64,000 bases of DNA from Lingula anatina (Eukaryota > Animalia > Brachiopoda). The stretch spans positions 11,222,001-11,286,000 of the forward strand of contig CM120641.1 of assembly GCA_051362555.1 (NCBI GenBank), read 5' to 3'. Position 1 is the stretch's first letter, and every line of letters starts with the position of its first letter. Positions 37,894-53,200 of the stretch are shown here, piece by piece. Below the pieces are notes generated by a model, which saw only the letters and a list, made by a program, of their open reading frames with translations, did no database searches and was not told the DNA's origin. The translations under genes and the position numbers were made by a program.

Positions 37894-38230
37894 AGTGATA
37901 ATAACTCTTCGTTTCGGCCAAAAAATGAATTTTCCTGGAGTAAACAACAATTTTCCCATACTTACCAATGGTTAATGAATCCATTTTTACATTCAAAGTT
38001 AGTCCCTGTTTTTTTTCTAAAAAGTTTGGTTTTTTGTTAAAATCTCTTAAGAGATTTTAGCAGAGTATAGCCATCAATGGAGGTCACGTGGTCTAAAGAC
38101 AAGCTCAGATATCAGAATAATAGCTATAACTGCCGTTTTTGTGGTAAAACAGAATATATTATATTTGTATGAGTTATTCACAATGTTTTTATTGTGAAAT
38201 ATAGATCTCATACGAAGAGTTATTATCCCT
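37894..38230. mobile_element. 337-bp Kolobok-type MITE inserted in one array unit
   Basis: TTAA target duplication (37890-37893 and 38231-38234); TIRs AGTGATAATAACTCTTCGT / ACGAAGAGTTATTATCCCT; empty site CATTAAGAAAC in other units. Confidence 0.9.
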
Positions 38231-41200
38231 TTAAGAAACACTATTCAATCCAAAAACAAAGCAAAGAATGTAATAACTGAATGAAGCCAAAATATCCAGC
38301 GGGTGGTGTCCCAACACCCACAGACCGTACTTTAGAACACATTGGCTAATATTCCTTTTACAAGCAACCATTTATTTTTAAATGAACTAAAGATAATAAC
38401 CTTTAAATATACATTTGTTTAACAACAGTGAAGCACGTTCACCTGCAAAGCAGTTGTCAACACTTCAAATACTTACATTGTTCCAACAACTCTATAATTT
38501 TTTTTCCACTTTCCAACATACCTTTTCCTCTAATCTAAATTGAATTTCATCTAGGCTGTTGCCTGAAAAAGAAAGTTGTCTACCAAAATCAATACAGGAG
38601 TTGAAGTTTATGCAAAATTTCCCTCCATGTGACATTTTGCTTGTCTTACCACATACCACAATATCCACGAAGATTCAAAGTGCCACTAATGCTAAAAAAG
38701 ACATTTCATTAAGAAACACTATTCAATCCAAAAACAAAGCAAAGAATGTAATAACTGAATGAAGCCAAAACATCCAGCGGGTGGTGTCCCAACACCCACA
38801 GACCGTGCTTTGCTCAAGTTTTCAATAATATTTCTTTACCATATCTTATCAAATAGACAATCTATTTAACAAATGCCATAATTAGTAAGGACATTATTTG
38901 TTATAAGACTCAAATTATAAGGAACACTGTCCAATGCAAATAAAGCAAAGAATGTTTAAACTGGATAAAGCCAAAATATCCAGTGGGTGGTGTACATTTG
39001 TTTAACAACAGTGAAGCACGTTCACCTGCAAAGCAGTTGTCAAGACTTCAAATACTTACATTGTTCCAACAACTCTGTAATTTTTTTTCCACTTTCCAAC
39101 ATACCTTTTCCTCTAATCTAAATTGAATTTCATCTAGGCTGTTGCCTGAAGAAGAAAGTTGTCTAACAAAATCAATACAGGAGTTGAAGTTTATGCAAAA
39201 TTTCCCTCCATGTGAGATTTTGCTTGTCTTACCACATACCACAATATCCACGGAGATTCAAAGTGCCACTAATGCTAAAAAAGACATTTCATTAAGAAAC
39301 ACTATTCAATCCAAAAACAAAGCAAAGAATGTAATAACTGAATGAAGCCAAAACATCCAGCGGGTGGTGTCCCAACACCCATAGACCGTGCTTTGCTCAA
39401 GTTTTCAATAATATTTCTTCACCATATCTTATGAAATAGACAATCTATTTAACAAATGCCATAATTAGTAAGGACATTACTTGTTATAAGACTCAAATTA
39501 TAAGGAACACTGTCCAATGCAAATAAAGCAAAGAATGTTTAAACTGGATAAAGCCAAAATATCCAGCGGGTGGTGTCCCAGCACCCACAGACAGTACTTT
39601 AGAACACATTGGATAATATTCCTTTTACAAGCAACCATTTATTTTTAAATGAACTAAAGATAATAACCTTTAAATATACATTTCTTTAACAACAGTGAAG
39701 CACGTTCACCTGCAAAGCAGTTGTCAACACTTCAAATACTTACATTGTTCCAACAACTCTGTAATTTTTTTCCACTTTCCAACATACCTTTTCCTCTAAT
39801 CTAAATTGAATTTCATCTAGGCTGTTGCCTGAAAAAGAAAGTTGTCTACCAAAATCAATACAGGAGTTGAAGTTTATACAAAATTTCCCTCCATGTGACT
39901 TTTTGCTTGTCTTACCACATACCACAATATCCACGGAGATTCAAAGTGCCATTAATGCTAAAAAAGACATTTCATTAAGAAACACTATTCAATCCAAAAA
40001 CAAAGCAAAGAATGTAATAACTGAATGAAGCCAAAACATCCAGCGGGTGGTGTCCCAACACCCACAGACCGTGCTTTGCTCAAGTTTTCAATAATATTTC
40101 TTCACCATATCTTATGAAATAGACAATCTATTTAACAAATGCCATAATAAGTAAGGACATTATTTGTTATAAGACTCAAATTATAAGGAACACTGTCCAA
40201 TGCAAATAAAGCAAAGAATGTTTAAACTGGATAAAGCCAAAATATCCAGCGGGTGGTGTCCCAGCACCCACAGACCGTACTTTAGAACACATTGCCTACT
40301 GTAATATTCCTTTTACAAGCAACCATTTATTTTTAAATGAACTAAAAATAATAACCTTTAAATATACATTTGTCTAACAACAGTGAAGCACGTTCACCTG
40401 CAAAGCAGTTGTCAACACTTCAAATACTTACATTGTTCCAACAACTCTGTAATTTTTTTCAACTTTCCAACATACCTTTTCCTCTAATCTAAATTGAATT
40501 TCATCTAGGCTGTTGCCTGAAAAAGAAAGTTGTCTACCAAAATCAATACAGGAGTTGAAGTTTATGCAAAATTTCCCTCCATGTGACGTTTTGCTTGTCT
40601 TACCACATACCACAATATCCACGGAGATTCAAAGTGCCATTAATGCTAAAAAAGACATTTCATTAAGAAACACTATTCAATCCAAAAACAAAGCAAAGAA
40701 TGTAATAACTGAATGAAGCCAAAACATCCAGCGGGTGGTGTCCTAACCCCCACAGACCGTGCTTTGCTCAAGTTTTCAATAATATTTCTTCATCATATCT
40801 TATAAAATAGACAATCTATTTAACAAATGCCATACTTAGTAAGGACATTATTTGTTATAAGACTCAAATTATAAGGAACACTGTCCAATGCAAATAAAGC
40901 AAAGAATGTTTAAACTGGATAAAGCCAAAATATCCAGCGGGTGGTGTCCCAGCACCCACAGACCGTACTTTAGAACACATTGGCTAATATTCCTTTTACA
41001 AGCAACCATTTATTTTTAAATGAACTAAAGATAATAACCTTTAAATATACATTTCTTTAACAACAGTGAAGCACGTTCACCTGCAAAGCAGTTGTCAACA
41101 CTTCAAATACTTACATTGTTCCAACAACTCTGTAATTTTTTTTCCACTTTCCAACATACCTTTTCCTCTAATCTAAATTGAATTTCATCTAGGCTGTTGC

Positions 41201-44200
41201 CTGAAAAAGAAAGTTTTCTACCAAAATCAATACAGGAGTTGAAGTTTATGCAAAATTTCCCTCCATGTGACGTTTTGCTTGTCTTACCACATACCACAAT
41301 ATCCACGGAGATTCAAAGTGCCACTAATGCTAAAATAGACATTTCATTAAGAAACACTATTCAATCCAAAAACAAAGCAAAGAATGTAATAACTGAATGA
41401 AGCCAAAACATCCAGCGGGTGGTGTCCCTCAAGTTTTCAATAATATTTCTTCACCATATCTTATAAAATAGACAATCTATTTAACAAATGCCATACTTAG
41501 TAAGGACATTATTTGTTATAAGACTCAAATTATAAGGAACACTGTCCAATGCAAATAAAGCAAAGAATGTTTAAACTGGATAAAGCCAAAATATCCAGCG
41601 GGTGGTGTCCCAGCACCCACAGACCGTACTTTAGAACACATTGGCTAATATTCCTTTTACAAGCAACTTTTTATTTTTAAATGAACTAAAGATAATAACC
41701 TTTAAATATACATTTCTTTAACAACAGTGAAGCACGTTCACCTGCAAAGCAGTTGTCAACACTTCAAATACTTACATTGTTCCAACAACTCTGTAATTTT
41801 TTTTCCACTTTCCAACATACCTTTTCCTCTAATCTAAATTGAATTTCATCTAGGCTGTTGCCTGAAAAAGAAAGTTGTCTACCAAAATCAATACATGAGT
41901 TGAAGTTTATGCAAAATTTCCCTCCATGTGAGATTTTGCTTGTCTTACCACATACCACAATATCCACGGAGATTCAAAGTGCCATTAATGCTAAAAAAGA
42001 CATTTCATTAAGAAACACTATTCAATCCAAAAAATATAATAACTGAATGAAGCCAAAACATCCAGCGGGTGGTGTCCCAACACCCACAGACCGTGCTTTG
42101 CTCAAGTTTTCAATAATATTTCTTCACCATATCTTATCAAATAGACAATCTATTTAACAAATGCCATAATTAGTAAGGACATTATTTGTTATAAGACTCA
42201 AATTATAAGGAACACTGTCCAATGCAAATAAAGCAAAGAATGTTTAAACTGGATAAAGCCAAAATATCCAGCGGGTGGTGTCCCAGCACCCACAGACCGT
42301 ACTTTAGAACACATTGGCTAATATTCCTTTTACAAGCAACCATTTATTTTTAAATGAACTAAAGATAATAACCTTTAAATATACATTTCTTTAACAACAG
42401 TGAAGCACGTTCACCTGCAAAGCAGTTGTCAACACTTCAAATACTTACATTGTTCCAACAACTCTGTAATTTTTTTCCACTTTCCAACATACCTTTTCCT
42501 CTAATCTAAATTGAATTTCATCTAGGCTGTTGCCTGAAAAAGAAAGTTGTCTACCAAAATCAATACAGGAGTTGAAGTTTATACAAAATTTCCCTCCATG
42601 TGACTTTTTGCTTGTCTTACCACATACCACAATATCCACGGAGATTCAAAGTGCCATTAATGCTAAAAAAGACATTTCATTAAGAAACACTATTCAATCC
42701 AAAAACAAAGCAAAGAATGTAATAACTGAATGAAGCCAAAACATCCAGCGGGTGGTGTCCTAACCCCCACAGACCGTGCTTTGCTCAAGTTTTCAATAAT
42801 ATTTCTTCATCATATCTTATAAAATAGACAATCTATTTAACAAATGCCATACTTAGTAAGGACATTATTTGTTATAAGACTCAAATTATAAGGAACACTG
42901 TCCAATGCAAATAAAGCAAAGAATGTTTAAACTGGATAAAGCCAAAATATCCAGCGGGTGGTGTCCCAGCACCCACAGACTGTACTTTACAACACTATGG
43001 CTAATATTCCTTTTACAAGCAACCATTTATTTTTAAATGAACTAAAGATAAAAACCTTTAAATATACATTTGTTTAACAACAGTGAAGCATGTTCACCTG
43101 CAAAGCAGTTGTCAACACTTCAAATACTTACATTGTTCCAACAACTCTGTAATTTTTTTCCACTTTCCAACATACCTTTTCCTCTAATCTAAATTGAATT
43201 TCATCTAGGCTGTTGCCTGAAAAAGAAAGTTTTCTACCAAAATCAATACAGGAGTTGAAGTTTATGCAAAATTTCCCTCCATGTGACGTTTTGCTTGTCT
43301 TACCACATACCACAATATCCACGGAGATTCAAAGTGCCACTAATGCTAAAATAGACATTTCATTAAGAAACACTATTCAATCCAAAAACAAAGCAAAGAA
43401 TGTAATAACTGAATGAAGCCAAAACATCCAGCGGGTGGTGTCCCTCAAGTTTTCAATAATATTTCTTCACCATATCTTATAAAATAGACAATCTATTTAA
43501 CAAATGCCATACTTAGTAAGGACATTATTTGTTATAAGACTCAAATTATAAGGAACACTGTCCAATGCAAATAAAGCAAAGAATGTTTAAACTGGATAAA
43601 GCCAAAATATCCAGCGGGTGGTGTCCCAGCACCCACAGACCGTACTTTAGAACACATTGGCTAATATTCCTTTTACAAGCAACCATTTATTTTTAAATGA
43701 ACTAAAGATAATAACCTTTAAATATACATTTCTTTAACAACAGTGAAGCACGTTCACCTGCAAAGCAGTTGTCAACACTTCAAATACTTACATTGTTCCA
43801 ACAACTCTGTAATTTTTTTCCACTTTCCAACATACCTTTTCCTCTAATCTAAATTGAATTTTTATCTAGGCTGTTGCCTGAAAAAGAAAGTTGTCCACCA
43901 AAATCAATACAGGAGTTGAAGTTTATGCAAAATTTCCCTCCATGTGACATTTTGCTTGTCTTACCACATACCACAATATCCACGGAGATTCAAAGTGCCA
44001 CTAATGCTAAAAAAGACATTTCATTAAGAAACACTATTCAATCCAAAAACAAAGCAAAGAATGTAATAACTGAATGAAGCCAAAATATCCAGCGGGTGGT
44101 GTCCCAGCACCCACAGACCGTACTTTAGAACACATTGGCTAATATTCCTTTTACAAACAACCATTTATTTTTAAATGAACTAAAGATAATAACCTTTAAA

Positions 44201-47200
44201 TATACATTTGTTTAACAACAGTGAAGCACGTTCACCTGCAAAGCAGTTGTCAACACTTCAAATACTTACATTGTTCCAACAACTCTATAATTTTTTTTCC
44301 ACTTTCCAACATACCTTTTCCTCTAATCTAAATTGAATTTCATCTAGGCTGTTGCCTGAAAAAGAAAGTTGTCTACCAAAATCAATACAGGAGTTGAAGT
44401 TTATGCAAAATTTCCCTCCATGTGACATTTTGCTTGTCTTACCACATACCACAATATCCACGAAGATTCAAAGTGCCACTAATGCTAAAAAAGACATTTC
44501 ATTAAGAAACACTATTCAATCCAAAAACAAAGCAAAGAATGTAATAACTGAATGAAGCCAAAACATCCAGCGGGTGGTGTCCCAACACCCACAGACCGTG
44601 CTTTGCTCAAGTTTTCAATAATATTTCTTTACCATATCTTATCAAATAGACAATCTATTTAACAAATGCCATAATTAGTAAGGACATTATTTGTTATAAG
44701 ACTCAAATTATAAGAAACACTGTCCAATGCAAATAAAGCAAAGAATGTTTAAACTGGATAAAGCCAAAATATCCAGCGGGTGGTGTACATTTGTTTAACA
44801 ACAGTTAAGCACATTCACCTGCAAAGCAGTTGTCAACACTTCAAATACTTACATTGTTCCAACAACTCTGTAATTTTTTTTCCACTTTCCAACATACCTT
44901 TTCCTCTAATCTAAATTGAATTTCATCTAGGCTGTTGCCTGAAGAAGAAAGTTGTCTAACAAAATCAATACAGGAGTTGAAGTTTATGCAAAATTTCCCT
45001 CCATGTGAGATTTTGCTTGTCTTACCACATACCACAATATCCACGGAGATTCAAAGTGCCACTAATGCTAAAAAAGACATTTCATTAAGAAACACTATTC
45101 AATCCAAAAACAAAGCAAAGAATGTAATAACTGAATGAAGCCAAAACATCCAGCGGGTGGTGTCCCAACACCCATAGACCGTGCTTTGCTCAAGTTTTCA
45201 ATAATATTTCTTCACCATATCTTATAAAATAGACAATCTATTTAACAAATGCCATAATTAGTAAGGACATTACTTGTTATAAGACTCAAATTATAAGGAA
45301 CACTGTCCAATGCAAATAAAGCAAAGAATGTTTAAACTGGATAAAGCCAAAATATCCAGCGGGTGGTGTCCCAGCACCCACAGACCGTACTTTAGAACAC
45401 ATTGGCTAATATTCCTTTTACAAGCAACCATTTATTTTTAAATGAACTAAAGATAATAACCTTTAAATATACATTTCTTTAACAACAGTGAAGCACGTTC
45501 ACCTGCAAAGCAGTTGTCAACACTTCAAATACTTACATTGTTCCAACAACTCTGTAATTTTTTTTCCACTTTCCAACATACCTTTTCCTCTAATCTAAAT
45601 TGAATTTTATCTAGGCTGTTGCCTGAAAAAGAAAGTTTTCTACCAAAATCAATACAGGAGTTGAAGTTTATGCAAAATTTCCCTCCATGTGACGTTTTGC
45701 TTGTCTTACCACATACCACAATATCCACGGAGATTCAAAGTGCCACTAATGCTAAAATAGACATTTCATTAAGAAACACTATTCAATCCAAAAACAAAGC
45801 AAAGAATGTAATAACTGAATGAAGCCAAAACAAATGCCATAATAAGTAAGGACATTATTTGTTATAAGACTCAAATTATAAGGAACACTGTCCAATGCAA
45901 ATAAAGAAAAGAATGTTTAAACTGGATAAAGCCAAAATATCCAGCGGGTGGTGTCCCAGCACCCACAGACCGTACTTTAGAACACATTGGCTAATATTCC
46001 TTTTACAAGCAACCATTTATTTTTAAATGAACTAAAGATAATAACCTTTAAATATACATTTCTTTAACAACAGTGAAGCACGTTCACCTGCAAAGCAGTT
46101 GTCAACACTTCAAATACTTACATTGTTCCAACAACTCTGTAATTTTTTTCCACTTTCCAACATACCTTTTCCTCTAATCTAAATTGAATTTCATCTAGGC
46201 TGTTGCCTGAAAAAGAAAGTTGTCTACCAAAATCAATACAGGAGTTGAAGTTTATACAAAATTTCCCTCCATGTGACTTTTTGCTTGTCTTACCACATAC
46301 CACAATATCCACGGAGATTCAAAGTGCCATTAATGCTAAAAAAGACATTTCATTAAGAAACACTATTCAATCCAAAAACAAAGCAAAGAATGTAATAACT
46401 GAATGAAGCCAAAACATCCAGCGGGTGGTGTCCTAACCCCCACAGACCGTGCTTTGCTCAAGTTTTCAATAATATTTCTTCATCATATCTTATAAAATAG
46501 ACAATCTATTTAACAAATGCCATACTTAGTAAGGACATTATTTGTTATAAGACTCAAATTATAAGGAACACTGTCCAATGCAAATAAAGCAAAGAATGTT
46601 TAAACTGGATAAAGCCAAAATATCCCGTGGGTGGTGTCCCAGCACCCACAGACCTAACTTTACAACACATTGGCTAATATTCCTTTTACAAGCAACCATT
46701 TATTTTTAAATGAACTAAAGATAATAACCTTTAAATATACATTTGTTTAACAACAGTGAAGCATGTTCACCTGCAAAGCAGTTGTCAACACTTCAAATAC
46801 TTACATTGTTCCAACAACTCTGTAATTTTTTTCCACTTTCCAACATACCTTTTCCTCTAATCTAAATTGAATTTCATCTAGGCTGTTGCCTGAAAAAGAA
46901 AGTTGTCTACCAAAATCAATACATGAGTTGAAGTTTATGCAAAATTTCCCTCCATGTGACATTTTGCTTGTCTTACCACATACCACAATATCCATGGAGA
47001 TTCAAAGTGCCACTAATGCTAAAAAAGACATTTCATTAAGAAACACTATTCAATCCAAAAAATATAATAACTGAATGAAGCCAAAACATCCAGCGGGTGG
47101 TGTCCCAACACCCACAGACCGTGCTTTGCTCAAGTTTTCAATAATATTTCTTCACCATATCTTATCAAATAGACAATCTATTTAACAAATGCCATAATTA

Positions 47201-50200
47201 GTAAGGACATTATTTGTTATAAGACTCAAATTATAAGGAACACTGTCCAATGCAAATAAAGCAAAGAATGTTTAAACTGGATAAAGCCAAAATATCCAGT
47301 GGGTGGTGTCCCAGCACCCACAGACCGTACTTTAGAACACATTGGCTAATATTCCTTTTACAAGCAACCATTTATTTTTAAATGAACTAAAGATAATAAC
47401 CTTTAAATATACATTTGTTTAACAACAGTGAAGCACGTTCACCTGCAAAGCAGTTGTCAACACTTCAAATACTTACATTGTTCCAACAACTCTGTAATTT
47501 TTTTCCACTTTCCAACATACCTTTTCCTCTAATCTAAATTGAATTTCATCTAGGCTGTTGCCTGAAAAAGAAAGTTGTCTACCAAAATCAATACAGGAGT
47601 TGAAGTTTATGCAAAATTTCCCTCCATGTGACATTTTGCTTGTCTTACCACATACCACAATATCCACGGAGATTCAAAGTGCCATTAATGCTAAAAAAGA
47701 CATTTCATTAAGAAACACTATTCAATCCAAAAACAAAGCAAAGAATGTAATAACTGAATGAAGCCAAAACATCCAGCGGGTGGTGTCCCAACGCCCACAG
47801 ACCGTGCTTTGCTCAAGTTTTCAATAATATTTCTTCACCATATCTTATGAAATAGACAATCTATTTAACAAATGCCATAATAAGTAAGGACATTATTTGT
47901 TATAAGACTCAAATTATAAGGAACACTGTCCAATGCAAATAAAGCAAAGAATGTTTAAACTGGATAAAGCCAAAATATCCAGTGGGTGGTGTCCCAGCAC
48001 CCACAGACCTAACTTTAGAACACATTGGCTAATATTCCTTTTACAAGCAACCATTTATTTTTAAATGAACTAAAAATAATAACCTTTAAATATACATTTG
48101 TCTAACAACAGTGAAGCACGTTCACCTGCAAAGCAGTTGTCAACACTTCAAATACTTACATTGTTCCAACAACTCTGTAATTTTTTTCCACTTTCCAACA
48201 TACCTTTTCCTCTAATCTAAATTGAATTTTATCTAGGCTGTTGCCTGAAAAAGAAAGTTGTCCACCAAAATCAATACAGGAGTTGAAGTTTATGCAAAAT
48301 TTCCCTCCATGTGACATTTTGCTTGTCTTACCACATACCACAATATCCACGGAGATTCAAAGTGCCATTAATGCTAAAAAAAGACATTTCATTAAGAAAC
48401 ACTGTTCAATCCAAAAACAAAGCAAAGAATGTAATAACTGAATGAAGCCAAATCATCCAGCGGGTGGTGTCCCAACACCCACAGACCGTGCTTTGCTCAA
48501 GTTTTCAATAATATTTCTTCACCATATCTTATCAAATAGACAATCTATTTAACAAATGCCATAATTAGTAAGGACATTATTTGTTATAAGACTCAAATTA
48601 TAAGGAACACTGTCCAATGCAAATAAAGCAAAGAATGTTTAAACTGGATAAAGCCAAAATATCCAGCGGGTGGTGTCCCAGCACCCACAGACAGTACTTT
48701 AGAACACATTGGATAATATTCCTTTTACAAGCAACCATTTATTTTTAAATGAACTAAAGATAATAACCTTTAAATATACATTTCTTTAACAACAGTGAAG
48801 CACGTTCACCTGCAAAGCAGTTGTCAACACTTCAAATACTTACATTATTCCAACAACTCTGTAATTTTTTTCCACTTTCCAACATAAATTTTCCTCTAAT
48901 CTAAATTGAATTTCATCTAGGCTGTTGCCTGAAAAAGAAAGTTGTCTACCAAAATCAATACAGGAGTTGAAGTTTATGCAAAATTTCCCTCCATGTGACG
49001 TTTTGCTTGTCTTACCACATACCACAATATCCACGGAGATTCAAAGTGCCATTAATGCTAAAAAAGACATTTCATTAAGAAACACTATTCAATCCAAAAA
49101 CAAAGCAAAGAATGTAATAACTGAATGAAGCCAAAACATCCAGCGGGTGGTGTCCCAACACCCACAGACCGTGCTTTGCTCAAGTTTTCAATAATATTTC
49201 TTCACCATATCTTATCAAATAGACAATCTATTTAACAAATGCCATAATTAGTAAGGACATTATTTGTTATAAGACTCAAATTATAAGGAACACTGTCCAA
49301 TGCAAATAAAGCAAAGAATGTTTAAACTGGATAAAGCCAAAATATCCAGCGGGTGGTGTCCCAGCACCCACAGACCGTACTTTAGAACACATTGGCTAAT
49401 ATTCCTTTTACAAGCAACCATTTATTTTTAAATGAACTAAAGATAATAACCTTTAAATATACATTTGTTTAACAACAGTGAAGCACGTTCACCTGCAAAG
49501 CAGTTGTCAACACTTCAAATACTTACATTGTTCCAACAACTCTGTAATTTTTTTCCACTTTCCAACATACCTTTTCCTCCAATCTAAATTGAATTTCATC
49601 TAGGCTGTTGCCTGAAAAACAAAGTTGTCTACCAAAATCAATACAGGAGTTGAAGTTTATGCAAAATTTCCCTCCATGTGAGATTTTGCTTGTCTTACCA
49701 CATACCACAATATCCATGGAGATTTAAAGTGCCATTAATGCTAAAAAAAAACATTTCATTAAGAAACACTATTCAATCCAAAAACAAAGCAAAGAATGTA
49801 ATAACTGAATGAAGCCAAAACATCCAACGGGTGGTGTCCCAACACCCACAGACCGTGCTTTGCTCAAGTTTTCAATAATATTTCTTCACCATATCTTATC
49901 AAATAGACAATCTATTTAACAAATGCCATAATTAGTAGGGACATTATTTGTTATAAGACTCAAATTATAAGGAACACTGTCCAATGCAAATAAAGCAAAG
50001 AATGTTTAAACTGGATAAAGCCAAAATATCCAGCGGGTGGTGTCCCAGCACCCACAGACCGTACTTTAGAACACATTGGCTAATATTCCTTTTACAAGCA
50101 ACCATTTATTTTTAAATGAACTAAAGATAATAACCTTTAAATATACATTTGTTTAACAACAGTGAAGCACGTTCACCTGCAAAGCAGTTGTCAACACTTC

Positions 50201-53200
50201 AAATACTTACATTGTTCCAACAACTCTGTAATTTTTTTTCCACTTTCCAACATACCTTTTCCTCTAATCTAAATTGAATTTCATCTAGGCTGTTGCCTGA
50301 AAAAGAAAGTTGTCTACCAAAATCAATACAGGAGTTGAAGATTATGCAAAATTTCCCTCCATGTGAGATTTTGCTTGTCTTACCACATACCACAATATCC
50401 ACGGAGATTCAAAGTGCCACAAATGCTAAAAAAGACATTTCATTAAGAAACACTATTCAATCCAAAAACAAAGCAAAGAATGTAATAACTGAATGAAGCC
50501 AAAACATCCAGCGGGTGGTGTCCCAACACCCACAGACCGTGCTTTGCTCACGTTTTCAATAATATTTCTTCACCATATCTTATCAAATAGACAATCTATT
50601 TAACAAATGCCATACTTAGTAAGGACATTATTTGTTATAAGACTCAAATTATAAGAAACACTGTCCAATGCAAATAAAGCAAAGAATGTTTAAACTGGAT
50701 AAAGCCAAAATATCCAGCGGGTGGTGTCCCAGCACCCACAGACCGTACTTTAGAACACATTGGCTAATATTCCTTTTACAAACAACCATTTATTTTGAAA
50801 TGAACTAAAGATAATAACCTTTAAATATACATTTGTTTAACAACAGTTAAGCATGTTCACCTGCAAAGCAGTTGTCAACACTTCAAATACTTACATTGTT
50901 CCAACAACTCTGTAATTTTTTTCCACTTTCCAACATACCTTTTCCTCTAATCTAAATTGAATTTTATCTAGGCTGTTGCCTGAAAAAGAAAGTTGTCCAC
51001 CAAAATCAATACAGGAGTTGAAGTTTATGCAAAATTTCCCTCCATGTGATGTTTTGCTTGTCTTACCACATACCACAATATCCACGGAGATTCAAAGTGC
51101 CATTAATGCTAAAAAAGACATTTCATTAAGAAACACTATTCAATCCAAAAACAAAGCAAAGAATGTAATAACTGAATGAAGCCAAAACATCCAGCGGGTG
51201 GTGTCCCAACACCCACAGACCGTGCTTTGCTCAAGTTTTCAATAATATTTCTTCACCATATCTTATAAAATAGACAATCTATTTAACAAATGCCATAATT
51301 AGTAAGGACATTATTTGTTATAAGACTCAAATTATAAGGAACACTGTCCAATGCAAATAAAGCAAAGAATGTTTAAACTGGATAAAGCCAAAATATCCAG
51401 CGGGTGGTGTCCCAGCACCCACAGACCGTACTTTAGAACACATTGGCTAATATTCCTTTTACAAGCAACTATTTATTTTTAAATGAACTAAAGATAATAA
51501 CCTTTAAATATACATTTCTTTAACAACAGTGAAGCACGTTCACCTGCAAAGCAGTTGTCAACACTTCAAATACTTACATTGTTCCAACAACTCTGTAATT
51601 TTTTTTCCACTTTCCAACATACCTTTTCCTCTAATCTAAATTGAATTTCATCTAGGCTGTTGCCTGAAAAAGAAAGTTGTCTACCAAAATCAATACAGGA
51701 GTTGAAGTTTATGCAAAATTTCCCTCCATGTGACATTTTGCTTGTCTTACCACATACCACAATATCCACGGAGATTCAAAGTGCCATTAATGCTAAAAAA
51801 GACATTTCATTAAGAAACACTATTCAATCCAAAAACAAAGCAAAGAATGTAATAACTGAATGAAGCCAAAACATCCAGCGGGTGGTGTCCAAACACCCAC
51901 AGACCGTGCTTTGCTCACATTTTCAATAATATTTCTTCACCATATCTTATCAAATAGACAATATATTTAACAAATGCCATAATTAGTAAGGACATTATTT
52001 GTTATAAGACTCAAATTATAAGGAATACTGTCCAATGCAAATAAAGCAAAGAATGTTTAAACTGGATAAAGCCAAAATATCCAGTGGGTGGTGTCCCAGC
52101 ACCCACAGACCGTACTTTAGAACACATTGGCTAATATTCCTTTTACAAGCAACCATTTATTTTTAAATGAACTAAAGATAATAACCTTTAATATATTTGT
52201 TTAACAACAGTGAAGCACGTTCACCTGCAAAGCAGTTGTCAACACTTCAAATACTTACATTGTTCCAACAACTCTGTAATTTTTTTCCACTTTCCAACAT
52301 ACCTTTTCCTCTAATCTAAATTGAATTTCATCTAGGCTGTTGCCTGAAAAAGAAAGTTGTCTACCAAAATCAATACAGGAGTTGAAGTTTATGCAAAATT
52401 TCCCTCCATGTGACGTTTTGCTTGTCTTACCACATACCACAATATCCACAGAGATTCAAAGTGCCGTTAATGCTAAAAAAGACATTTCATTAAGAAACAC
52501 TATTCAATCCAAAAACAAAGCAAAGAATGTAATAACTGAATGAAGCCAAAACATCCAGCGGGTGGTGTCCCAACACCCACAGACCGTGCTTTGCTCAAGT
52601 TTTCAATAATATTTCTTCACCATATCTTATCAAATAGACAATCTATTTAACAAATGCCATAATTAGTAAGGACATTATTTGTTATAAGACTCAAATTATA
52701 AGGAACACTGTCCAATGCAAATAAAGCAAAGAATGTTTAAACTGGATAAAGCCAAAATATCCAGTGGGTGGTGTCCCAGCACCCACAGACCTTACTTTAG
52801 AACACATTGGCTAATATTCCTTTTACAAGCAACCATTTATTTTTAAATGTACTAAAGATAATAACCTTTAAATATACATTTGTTTAACAACAGTGAAGCA
52901 CGTTCACCTGCAAAGCAGTTGTCAACACTTCAAATACTTACATTGTTCCAACAACTCTGTAATTTTTTTTCCACTTTCCAACATACCTTTTCCTCTAATC
53001 TAAATTGAATTTCATCTAGGCTGTTGCCTGAAAAAGAAAGTTGTCTACCAAAATCAATACAGGAGTTGAAGTTTATGCAAAATTTCCCTCCATGTGAGAT
53101 TTTGCTTGTCTAACCACATACCACAATATCCACGGAGATTCAAAGTGCCACAAATGCTAAAAAAGACATTTCATTAAGAAACACTATTCAATCCAAAAAC

